Shown here one piece after another: positions 23,887 through 44,700 of a stretch of 64,000 bases of DNA; the first letter of the stretch is position 1; every line of letters starts with the position of its first letter. Under the pieces are notes generated by a model. The model was not told where the DNA came from and searched no databases. It saw nothing but the letters and a program-made list of their open reading frames with translations. The position numbers were made by a program, and so were the translations under genes. The stretch comes from Paraspadella gotoi. Lineage: Eukaryota > Animalia > Chaetognatha. The stretch covers positions 26,106,851 through 26,170,850 of the forward strand of contig CM119266.1 of the NCBI GenBank assembly GCA_051294375.1, given 5' to 3'.

Positions 23887-26800
23887 TCACTTTGTCTCGT
23901 ACCAGACCACCGAGCCGGTGTCCCTTTCGATCAAATTCAGTATCTTGGACCATTCCTTGCTCATGAAATTTGCGCATTCCCCGATGTTGAAGGATCCTCG
24001 ATAGCCGAGCTCGGCCGAGCTGCGACGCGAGTCATTCAGCCTGGAAGCTTGGCGAAAGACGTCGTGATGATTTCTCGACGAAACTTTACCCGGGTGGTTT
24101 TCCGCGTTGACGGTGTAATAGGCGGAGTTGGCGGCTTCGAAGCCGGCGGGCGGATTATGGCGCTCCTTGAAGCTTCTGACGTCGTAGTGAAGACGCTGCG
24201 ATGGATAATCGACGTAAACTGAGGCCTTGACTCGATTCTTTGCGCCTTTATCGCCCGGATTCTGATTTTTAGCGACGCTTACGCTGCCACAGCCGCTGCT
24301 GCCGCTGCCGGCCAGATAAGGATTGGACCTCTTTTCGCCTTTCACGGGACGATCGTAGAAACGATTGGCGGCATTTTCGACAACACCTACGGCAGTCTGG
24401 AGACGATGACTAGGAAGATCTGGCGGGCGAGACGAGAGCAGAGGCTTCGGCCACGCATTGGATACGGGAACGCAGCCAGTTTTTGCATGGGCCCTAGACT
24501 CCGAGGAAGGGATAGAATCGGACCCAGCTGAAACATGATCAGTTACCATTGGTTCGGTACTAGATGTATTAATGCTGGAATTCTGTTCAGAGAAATGAAG
24601 GGGTGCTCTTAACGGGGCTGAATCGGCTACGACGCTCGGCGAAGGGATCGCTTCGACGGCCGATTCACCGGGCGAGATCTCCTGCATGTCGCAAGAAGAC
24701 GGACCAACGACAGCTTCGCCATCTTCGGAAATTTCAGGAGAGATCGGCAACGTATGTAACTCTTTCAAGTCAAAGCCGAAGGTGATTCCATCCAAATTTA
24801 CGGCGTCGTTGTCCTTCCTGTCGAGGAATACCACCGATGACGGTTTCTTTACGGCAGTGGACGAAGGAGTCGTCGGTGACATCAGCCCATTATCAACATC
24901 ATTCACCGGCGACACTTGAGAAGCGGGGATATTCGATGGAGGCGTCTTGGATTTCTTCGAAGAGCCGCGGGCCTTTCGCTTGAATTTTATGCTACGATCA
25001 GAAGAGACGCCGGGAACGCCGAAAGCGGCGGTAGAAGAGGAATCGGAAAAAGCGAAATCAGGTGAGGTTGAAGAGCGAGGAAAGTCGGCAAAATAAACGG
25101 CAACCTGGTTAAGTGAAACGTTCATTTTGATTTTCTAAATTCCTGGATTTCAATTACTTCTGAGAAATACGTTATCAGGCCCTCTGTCGCATACTTGGAT
25201 AACCACTGAGAGAACGAATTATTATAATTATACTATTTTGGAAGTATTTAAAATATAAACAAATCAATTTTTTTTATAAAATTTACAAAATAAAACGGAT
25301 GAAAAATTAACATTTTTCGCAGTAGACTACTACCGAAATTAATTGAACTATAAAATTCAAACAATATTATTTACGTACTTATCAAATTTATAAAAAGAGC
25401 CATTTTCAGATTTTTAAGAAAAGAAGAAGAAAGAGAAAAGTATTTGATTGTTTTTATAATTTAAAAAGATTATTATTCTGTAAATTAAAAACATAATTTT
25501 TTTTTTATAATTGTTGGACAAACTCTCGTTTGTAATCCGATTGCTTATATTTTCAAACATTTTACAAAAGACAAATAAAATCGACGGATTACAACGAGAG
25601 TTTATGTCCAACAGAACTAGAAGTGTAAATAAACATCTTAAATTACCCACCTGTTTTGGCTGCAAGTTATTTTTCGAGACCTCCATCTTTACATCGCTGT
25701 GGTTTTCTATCGAAGGTTTTTCCAGACATCCGTCGAATTGTCTTTGCGCGGCGATTTGAAGAGGAGTTTCGTCCTTAGTCAAATTCGAGGAAGGCTCCAT
25801 CTCCGAAGACACCGTCGCCGATGGCGCAGATGGCGACAGTAAAGGAGGCGACGGCACAAGAGTTTCTTCGTCCGAAACCATTGTCGCACCTTCAGTGAGA
25901 AGCTGCTCCTGTCCGACGTCAAAATCGGCGATGGGCGAGGGCGTCTTTGAGGAAACTCCTTTGGCGTTGGTTTCCGATTCGAATGCGGCGCCAATTCTTT
26001 TCGGTCTAATTGGCACAGTTGGCGTATTATGACTGGGCAACGCTTCGTCGAACGTCGAAAGAGGCGGTGAGCGAACGGATCTGGCTTTCTTTTCCCCCTT
26101 CGTCGCTGCAATTGAGGCGTATGATATGGCAGAGGGGGCAGTTCGGTTGGTCTTAATATTTTCTGCTTGGATTTTATCGTTCGTTTTGGGATCAGCGGGG
26201 GCGACATCGCCCGAGCGTGCGGGAGAGATTTGGATAGTGCTCGTATTTAATGTCGCTTGGGCAGATTCCATTACAGAATCTTTGGCAAGGTTTCCGGTTG
26301 AATTTCTTCGACATTCGAATCCTTCCGAACCACCGTGGGTGGAATCGGTGACGGTTCTTGAGAGCGCGGGAAAATGGGCGGGACTGAGTTGTGCGCCGAC
26401 GGCAGCACAAGGTGGAGAAGACGAAGCTCGTTCGCCGACGGCTGGGACATCGACGGAAAGACGATTTCCTACCGAAATCGAAGTCGCCTGCGCGGGAAGG
26501 GAAGAGTCCTTGTTGACGTCGTCGGTGTCCCGGCCGGTGTACTTTACAAAACCAAGAGCCGCGTGGCTTCGCTTCCCCTTCTTGCCGGTGACTGTGGTGA
26601 ACTCCCCTTCGTGGAGACCGGGGACCTTTTCCAGCGGCAAGTCCTCCAAATCGTAGTAAGTGTAAAAGTCTTCCGCGAAGCTGGAGCTTGAGATTTCCCC
26701 GACGGCCGATTCATAACTCGACAGACTTTTATCACTACTCGACGCCGTCTGAAGCGCCCGAGCGGTCGGTGGCGGCGAAGCCACCGACGAAGACGGCGTC

Positions 26801-29652
26801 TTTTTAGCAGGGGAAGACTTGGAAAGTTCCGACGCCGATCCGCCAAACTGTTTCCCCAAAACGTGCGTCATTTCTTTAGCGTTCCCGGAAGCGCCGGTGT
26901 GGGCCCCGTCGTCGTTCGACAAGACGGCGCCGGTGCTGCGATTTCTCCGGTGATGCTTTGGGGAGGTTTTGTTGTGGGAGGCATTAGCACGACTAGCGCG
27001 AGGCGGCGCCATTTCCGACGATCTTTGACTCGCCTCATTTTCTTTTTGTTCGTTTTCGAGGGACTTCTTAGTCGTTTCTACATTGGACGATTCTATCTCG
27101 CTCTCTCCAGAAACATTTTTCCCCTTGGCCCTCTTATTTTTCCTATTCGATTTTTCGGCACAAGTATTTGTATATACGGATCCTCTAGACTTATCTTTGG
27201 CGTTGATCGTGGTCGATTTGGACAAGTCAGAAACAATGGCCGAGTTCTTTGAGTTGTTTGAGATCGTAGATGACGTAGTTTCAGGGACAGTTCCGACGCC
27301 ACTGTTACTACCCTGCTTCACGACGCTACCGCCCAAAGTTTTTGGACCGTCCCCAGAGTTGATGAATTCCAGAAGATCCTCGACTTGTTCTTGTCCCCGG
27401 TATCCAGGAATTTTTTGAATATCGATGGTCTTTTCCTTTTTCTTTTCCTGTCGCCTTTTGTTGACGCGAGAAACTGAAGATCCCGAAGCTGAAGAGGCTT
27501 GAGAGACGCTAAACTCGGAAGTGGGGCTGCCGGCGTTGATGTGAGCGGAAGAAAATCCGTCGAAGCCCTCGAAGGGCGTTCCCGAGAGGGCGTTCGACAT
27601 TGCTAAGGAAGAGGGCGTTATTAAACTGGGGGACGCATTTGTTCCGATCAACGGAGAAGTAATCGAAGCGCCGCCATTGAGAGAACAGGGATGAAAGGTA
27701 CCGAGGGGGGCGGAAATGACAGGGGTAATTAACGGCGGACTCTTTTCATAATCGCTTTCCGACGAGAGGCTTTTATCGGCGGCACTCGCATTTGAGTTGG
27801 TAGAGTTAGCTGTTGGGTTCGACGTTGTCACCACAGTCTTTTGCACTTTGAGAGCGTTTCCGTTAAATTCCTGGTCGTCAGAGGGTGTCGCATGCGTCTT
27901 CTTTTTCTTCTTCTTCTTTTTGGAGGCTCGCGAATCACCGTGGGATTCTTTAGGGACGACTTCGTCGTCATCTTCGTCTGGCTGTTTTGGCTCTGAGACC
28001 ATGCCTTTAGTTAACTGCGGTAAAAGAGTCCGCAGAGTTTCGCCCGCTCTTTCACGAACTTGGGATCTCAGACCTTCAGCAAAAGTGATCTCTTCTTCCT
28101 CCTCACGCTTCAGACAGGCGAAATTAATTCGGCCGTCTACTGCAGAAGGTGTATTATGTGTTTGGGTAGAAGGTTGAGTCGTACACTTTTTCCCGATCAG
28201 TTCGGAAGCTTTGGAGGGATCCTCCTCACCAATTGCGTCCGCCAATTTGCGCCGCTTGTCTCCGGCCAAGTGAAAGCGTTTAAGTTCTGCTTCTTTACAC
28301 TCCATAAATAGCTTGGCCGTTGAAGCCTTGGCGGCTGCTGTGGGCGCCACAGGAGACAAGTTGACTTCTGCGGGTCGTTCGCCGCTTCCACCGAGTGCCT
28401 CGTCGTAAATGGGGTTCTTAAAAGAGTTTCTGCTTTTGTAGCTACTGGAGAGTTCCAAGAGCGTAGCCTTAGAATTGGTCGCAGAGTCCAGAGCGGAAGA
28501 AGCTGGGGGAGACTCCACGATCACAGACTCCAGCGGAACATCGTCCTCGCGGACGCTCAACTGTGGACCGAGATTTCCAAGAGTGAAGGATGGTTCGAGG
28601 GCGGTGGCGGCGCTACAGGCGCTCGAGTGATGGGGGGAGGTGGAGTTAGACACGTTGGTGCGCGTCCAAGTAACGACGGTGTTAGTTTTTCGAGGGAATC
28701 CGGGGTTTTTAACGTCGACCGACTTGGCAACTTTCCGTTCAGAGCCAGCTTTTTTCTTCTCGTACCCAGACGGCAGAGCTTTGCTCTTAATTGTATTGCC
28801 GAGCACGGCCGTAAACACGTTGTCCACGATCTTCTTTTCGGAGGCCCGGGTCTTGGCGGCAGATGTGACGGTTCTCCTTCCGTCGGGCGACGACTTCCTC
28901 GTCGAATTCCTCGTCTCATTTTGGAATGAACGCTCAGCGTCTGCTATCACAGATTCCAGGGGCACGACTTCGTCGTAAGGCAAATTTTCCACTCGAGTCG
29001 GGGCGAATTTCAACGGAGGCGACGACACGTCCGCCAAATATGTCGACTCGTCGACGTCCAAAAAAGGAGATTCCAACGACTGTCCGCGGCCTCCTATCAT
29101 CTCTTCATTTTTCCTTCTTTTTTCCATTTTTTTCGCCGCGATCTCCTTCAGCTCCACGTCCGGAGGGGAGCCTGTCGAGGTTCCGATATGAGAAAACTCG
29201 CGAAACGCTGTGAATTCTTGGCAAGGCACGGTCTGGTTTTTATAGGCGTCGTCGTCGTCGTCTTCAAAGATCCTGGCGGCAACTGAAACTTCGGATTTAC
29301 TTCCGGCGTCGCGAGCGAAGGCGGTCTTGGCGTCGGGAGAAACGGCATCGAAGCCTGAATCTGTCGTCAACCCGTGACGAGAGGCGCCGCCGTCGACTCG
29401 AGTCTCGATGAAGGACTTGGTAGTTGGGGAAGCGACCTCGTCGCCTTCGTCGTCATCGTCAGTTGATGGGATATCAATGGCTTCGTCGTGATGTTCGTTC
29501 TCGACAACTTGGATGCTTCTCAGATGGGGAAGGGGCTCCTCATCCACTTCCATTTCTTCTACTTCCGGAGAGGCGACCAAATCGTAGCTGCCACAGTTCC
29601 TCTCGTCTTCTTCGTCCGAGATGCGGGGAGCTTCACACCCCGAAGACGCCAT
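23887..29652 (-). CDS. Large (~1740 aa) Ser-rich, mostly disordered protein of unknown family
   Basis: Two long exons, 29652-25651 (donor PKQ|gtggg) and 25104-23887 (acceptor cag|VAVYF), phase 0. Short ordered-looking islands IPGYRGQEQVEDLLEFINS and FNIGECANFMSKEWSKIL. Confidence 0.85.
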
Positions 29653-30525
29653 GGCTGGTTGATGTCTGGACGATACCCCGAAATTAAGGCGGTCCGTCCG
29701 TCCATCGGAATCTTCGATATTTCACTTCATCGTTCAGGTAGTGATTGCGCATAAAAATTGAAAAATCGCTTCTATATGTACGTAAAAAGAAAAAGTTGTA
29801 TAAGGCGAATATAATATAAGTAGCAAAATGTTTGATTGCCGCGAATAAACAAGAAAATTAACTGCTTCAAAATTGTTTTTTCACAAACTGCAAAAAAAAA
29901 AAAAAAAATGGGAACTGGAGAAAAATCTATTAATTTACAATTACAATTACTACACTCATTCGGAAAATTCAGTTGGGTAAGTTTTGGTTCAGCTAGTTTG
30001 ATTATAAAAAAGCATGCAATTATTTAGCAGTTCGCCAAATGATGCTATTTCGCAAAAATTCAAATTGGGGGGGGAGTGAAGAGCAGTTACGCACAATTTG
30101 TGGTGGGAGAGGAGGATTAAAACTAAATGATGAAAAGTAAATTATAAAATTGTCATTCCAACTTCAAGTAAATTCTACACTCACTAGAATTTACAGTAAC
30201 TGTTTGTCATGTCTTAGTAATCCATAGTACACTATGGATAAAATTACATAAAAGCAGTTAAGGGAAACAAATATAATAAATAAAACACGTGGATGCAGAC
30301 TTTGAACGATATCCTAAGTCAATTTCAGAAAAACGTGACAAAGTCAATCCTTTCAGCTGAGAGGGAGAACCATAGATTCCACGTGTCGGCAAATCCAGCG
30401 TAGGCGACGATGCGGGCCGGCAACACCTCCAAGTTTGGCATCCGGAAAGGCGGGAGTTAGCGACTTTACAGCTCCGGGAAGGACAACGGTGCGCGACGTA
30501 GAGCGTCCCAGAATCTATTACTTAC

Positions 30526-31002
30526 GTTTTCGCACACTTGCTCCAAGGATGAATTAGCGAAATTGGCGCACTTCTGCGGAGGTATACATTTGATTCAACT
30601 CTCCAGAGGTTGCCAGGCTCTCTATCCTGGTCTGACGAGTGACGACCACAGTTTCGACGACGAGGGAACCAACCAAACCTCCAACGGGCAGAGTCGACGA
30701 TTATAAAGACGAAGTGATACAAACGACGACGTCTATAACGACCACGATTTCGGCCGAAGAAGGACGACGACGATCAGGTCGACGATGAGAAGGAGAGAGT
30801 CGACGACAAGAACGACGACGTCGACGAAACAAGTGAACACTCCTCTTTACCTCGCTGCGACCCTAGCGGAGGAAGGCGAAAGTAGCGGAGCTCCATTTGC
30901 AAGTCGCGTGCGAGAGCAAATATATCAATATCAATCTCGTGGAAAAGAGGATTTCGTCCTCTCTCACCTCCGTATTCTCTTTACGTGTTTCGTTATATTC
31001 TT
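30526..31002. promoter_or_regulatory. Putative bidirectional promoter and 5'UTR exons shared by ABI (+) and the large minus-strand gene
   Basis: GC/CpG-rich island between head-to-head genes, with divergent donors: minus-strand gtaagt at 30525 and plus-strand gtaagt at 31003. Confidence 0.55.
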
Positions 31003-31159
31003 GTAAGTGTTGAAAGGAAAGTTCTAACAGAACTTGGGTTACTGGATTGTCGGGATTTACTTAGCTGATTGTACGAAGCGGAAAAGCTTGTTTGTGTGTA
31101 AATATTAGTTGAAATTAAACAACATGAGTTTTACATGTTTTTTACCACACAAATCTTAG

Positions 31160-39546
<8,387 letters not shown>

Positions 39547-40014
39547 ATTTTGGAACTCTTGTCCGATTGGAAGACCCATTTCTCATTCGAGGGTCGATTT
39601 ACGTAACTATTACTATTTTCAACTGGTCAAAACGAAAACATGTTCCCGTTCCCCGTAGATCTTAGCAATATTCCTTAGAAAGCTTCTCGTATTTAACAAA
39701 AGCGTCCGGTTTATTTCGATTTCAAACAGTCACAATAGATTTAACTAAACACTAAACAGTTAGCTATAACAACGAAGAACAATATGATCCGCGACGTAAC
39801 GTAAAAAATAACGCATCATTAACTGGTATCACAGTTGAACGTGAAACATAAATTTTCCGTGTTCAGAGAAAAATGAAAATTATCTACATAAAATGTTTCA
39901 TGAGGCATAGAAAAAAGGGAATGTTCTAATATTTGGTCTATATATAAAATTCATAGGTTCTTGTTTGATGTGAAATAAATATTCTCGTTCAGTGATATGT
40001 AAAGAATGGTAAAT

Positions 40015-41198
40015 TCACGCATTTGTTTTGGACAGTGATTGACATTGTGGGCATATAATTATCTGCTGGTCCTTTTTTGATTTGTAGGACCGAATATCCA
40101 TTTTTAACATTTCTGTCTGTGCCGTTACTCTTATCAATTCGTTAGAGAGTTCTTCCAGTTGTTGATGTCTTTCCCTGTCGTGATTTTGTTTCAGATTATT
40201 ACATTTTCTCTTTATTGCGATTGAATTAGTCTCATTTACCAAGATTTTTCATCCATGGACATTTCCAGCTGCCGTTTCAAGATATCTAGCTTTTCTTGTC
40301 TTGCTTCCGCCTCTTTTTTTTTCTTTTGTCGCAAGGAATCGATTTCCTATTATTGGATTAGACAAAACAATGGGACGTATTGACACTTTTGAATGAAGTT
40401 TCTTACCTGCTTATGATTAGAAAACATTTCCTCTATTCGTCTGTTTCTGTGTACTAGTTTCTCTTTAAGGCTATGAATATCTGTCTTGTAAGATTGGTTT
40501 TGATTTGTTAATTTTAAGAGTTCTTCCTCCTGTGAAGTTATAAATGCTAACTTAACCTTTTGAAAAAAATATATAATCGGAAACTAGTTAAATTATTAAA
40601 TACCAGTTTTTGAATTTTCGCTTTCATAAACGAGGTCTCTTTTTCTTTGACATCAAAGGCGCTTTTCAGTTCGCTGATGTTACTTTCCAAAACTTGTATC
40701 TTCATTTTGGATCGCGCTTCTCTTTCCTTTGCATCGCGCAATTGGATCTCGCAAAAACTGTGCAAATCTTTTCACACAGTGATTACTGATCAATGTTTAT
40801 TTTTTTTGTCTGTGATTATCTTACCTTCTACATGCGACGCTGTTGCTGCAGCTTCCACAAATTTAACTTTTTTTGTAGATGGTCTTTTTGAAACATTGAT
40901 AAATGGCTTAGTTCTTCCTTCGGGAATTCGCATTGCGGATCCCTCCAATTCAAAATCTTTTATCAAAATTGTTTAAAATACTCATTTAATGGCGAACAGA
41001 AATTTAGTAAGCAAAATTAGATTTACCGGAGTCTAAATCACTTATATTGACGGGAGGTAGTCTGAGCCGAACGTTCTTGCACCTTTCACCTCGAGAAGAT
41101 TGCGATTGTCTTCGAAGCGCCTCTTTGATTTCAGAAGGCGTTACAGGGTTGGCCGAGTGGGACCCGATTCGTCTCCGCACCTTAAAAACTCGTTTCAT
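40015..41198 (-). CDS. Uncharacterised coiled-coil protein with a possible frameshift near the 3' end
   Basis: Exons 41198-41027, 40956-40825, 40767-40604, 40529-40407 and 40346 downward join in phase and are rich in heptads. The frame stops at EKSW* (~40236), but a shifted frame continues as coiled coil plus CPQC to 40015. Confidence 0.7.
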
Positions 41199-41712
41199 TG
41201 ATAAAAAAGACCCCCCCACGTGCGGAATTGCAGTAACTTACTACTACAACGGATGTTGGCATTTCGCAGTTGTAAACCATCACGTTGTGCGAATTCGCTG
41301 TAATTTTAATCAAATAAATAAATGGCTGTTTTTTTAAATGTAATTTTTTTTCTCTCTGAAGCGGGCTCTAAATTGATTACATTGTTGCTAAGTAACGAAT
41401 TTCATTTTTCGTTGAATATATGTACCTTTATTTTATTATCATGTCACTAATTTTTACTTTAACAATGTTTTTAATTTTTTTTTGGATTTGGTTTTTTTTT
41501 TTTTTTTTTTACAGTTTGACAATAATTATCTAAATCATTGATTCGATCATTTTTGTAAAAATTCTTTGAAAGAAACAAGAGCGCAATCGACGCATGCGCC
41601 GTTGACGTTCAACTACCCTCTAACAGACTGTGGTTTTGAACACGATTTCGGGTGTGTGTGGCGAATGTCTCTCATTAACTAACAAAAACTGATCATTTGA
41701 CAACTTGACACA

Positions 41713-44700
41713 ATGGCGAAGCAGGAACAAGTAGTTATTCTCGAGCCCAGTGGAGAGTTGAGATTTCGTGGTGAGTTAATGGTGGATCGAGCGTTATCTT
41801 AATTTATTCGATATCGTCATGTAAACGCGCAACGTGTCGGCCTCGGTGAAGACAGATTAAATCGTTTCCTTAACTCACCCAAGGTCCCTTCACCGACGTC
41901 GTCACGGCGACTCTGAAATTATCCAACCCGACGGACCGGAAGATATGCTTCAAGGTGAAGACGACCGCGCCCAAGCGCTACTGCGTTCGTCCCAACTCGG
42001 GCGTTATCGAGCCCAGGGACAACGTCAGCGTCGCCGTCATGTTGCAGCCCTTTGACTACGACCCCGCGGAAAAGAACAAGCACAAGTTCATGGTGCAGAC
42101 CATGTACGCGCCGGACGGACCCTATGACACGGACACGCTGGTAAGTTTTCGTCATTGACCTTTTTTAAACGAAATTTCGAATTTATTACTATTTAACAAT
42201 GAAATAATTAGGGTTTCTTTTAACTTCAGTGGAAAGAAGCTAAAGCGGACGCACTCATGGATTCTAAACTGAAATGCGTGTTCGAATTACCACCAACGGA
42301 AAATCAGAATGTTTCTGCCTTGCCTAAGGAAGAAATTGCTGAGGTAATTCTTTCCCTTTTTTTGAGATTTTAATCTTATAAAAACACATTTGCTCGATTA
42401 TTGAAATAGTTAGGTTTTTAGCGTATTTTATATTATTTTATATCGTATAATGTTATTTGTTGGTGATTTGTATTGAGTATCACTGCTTTATTTTCTCGTA
42501 TAATTTTTTAAAAGAATTAGAATGCAAAATGCCACTATTTGCCTTGATAACGTAGGGGTTGACAACAAAAATAATCTTCTGCTCAAGAATTAACCTGAAA
42601 ATGTATTTATTTCCCTCTGAAAATGAAAGAGTAATTCTCTGAAATCGCTCAAAAGATGGCATGAAAATTACGACCCAACGCCAAATTCGAAAGAGGAAGG
42701 TTTGAAAACGGTAATTCTCAAGTATTTTAAACAATAATCTCCTAATTAGTTTTTGCATAGTTTTGGGTTTCTTTCAGAAATCAGAGGAAAGGACCATACC
42801 CAATTCGACTGAAGTCAAGCTTTTATCCGAAAATAAACTTTTACATGAAGAGTTAAGCAATCTCAGGCTTATTAATGAAGAGAACGAAACTAAATTATTA
42901 CTGTTCGAAAACAGACAAGATGAACAAGAAAGATTGCGTAAACTGTTGGAAGAATCGGAAGAAAGAGAAAAAAGCCTTTTGGAGGGAATACAAATAATGC
43001 AAAAAAGTAAACAAGAAGCCGAAAAATTAGTTCGAGAATTTGAAAAACAGCTCGAAGAGAGTCGTCAGCGCGGACAAACTGTCGAACAAACTCAAGTTGA
43101 AACCGAATCTAAACTTGTGACTGCTCTTCAAGAATTGACTATCATTGAAAGTCGACACAAGCAACAGTTGAATGAAAAAGAAATTCAGTTACAAGAACTG
43201 ACGATTAGGTCCGAAGAACAACAAGATGCTCTTAGTAACAAAGAAAGTGAAATAGACGCGATCATTGAAAGTAAAGAAATAATTCTTAGAGAATTAAACG
43301 CGGTAAAAATAGAAAAAAGAAAGTGTGAAGAAGAAAACACCCAAATGTCTAAGAATGTATCTGAAAATATTTCGGCAACTGAAAAAGAAATTTTGGACTT
43401 AAAAATGCTGCTGGATCAAGAAATCTTTAAGTCCAATGATTTCGAAAAAAAATTTAAAGAAAAATTAAAAGAAGCTCAATTTTATGACGTTCAGAAGTCT
43501 GAGTATCTTACGAAAATCGAACATTTACTTGAAAGCAACAAAAAGTTATCGGCAGAATTAAGTCTTATAGAATCGAAACACTCAAAGTTGAAGACTAATC
43601 AAACGAAGGATCAATCAATATTGTGTCAAGAATTATTTTTAGAAAATCCGAGTGGTCAGGATAGATCACAAGACGAAGATATGATTATATCTATGGAAAA
43701 GAAAATTGAAGAATATGAAGTTTCCCTAAATGCTTCAAAAATTACAATTTTAAGTTTGAATTCTGAAGTAGCGAACTTGAAAATTACCGTTGAGGAAAAC
43801 AAACACGAAATAGACGAATTAAGTGAAAATATACTTGATAAAGAAAAACAACTTAAACTTTCTGAGGGAAATTTTCTTACAAAAATTGACTGTTTCCAAA
43901 TTCAGGTTGATGACTATAAGAAGCAATTAAAGGAAGTAACTGATGATAAGAATAATATTTTGGATTTGCTGAATGACAAAAATCATTACATTTCCGATCT
44001 AGAGAGTCAATCACAAAAGTTGTCTCATGAAATAGCAGATCTAAAAGAATCCCTAGAAGAGAAAAATCTATTGGTTATTCAAACGCTTGAAGGTAAAACA
44101 TCTGCCTTGCAGTTAATCGAAAAATTAAACAATGATTCTAACAAATTGGAATCGGATTTTGCTCAGGTTACTCTTAAAAATGAACTTTTAGAAAATGAGG
44201 TATGTTTTAACAAGCAATTGTCTGAGGATCATCAAAATTTAAAAGAAATTTTAAGGGAAAAAGAAATAGTTATATCGAGAATGTTTGAAGAAAGGAACGG
44301 AATCGATAATGAACTTCAAAAACGAAAATCTAAAATAAGTCATCTCAAAAATAAAAATGATTCTCTCATTTTAGAAAATACAGATTTAGTCAAAAAATTG
44401 AAACAGAAAGATGCAGAATTATTACAAATCGAATTAAAGTTAAACAGTGACCTGGAGAAAATTAACGATTTAGAAACCATGATTAATTCGCAGACTGAAG
44501 AAGCAAAATTTAATCAAAAGGATATTTTTAATAAAATTTCCGTTTTAGATTCTTTAAAACAAGAAATTGCAGAATTAAAGTTGAATCTTAACATAAAAGA
44601 TGAAAAAATTAACAGTCTGAGAACTAATAATGATATTTTAACTCAAGAAAAATTAGGCTTGATTAAGAAAATGCAAGAAAAAATTGATTTTATATCAGAA

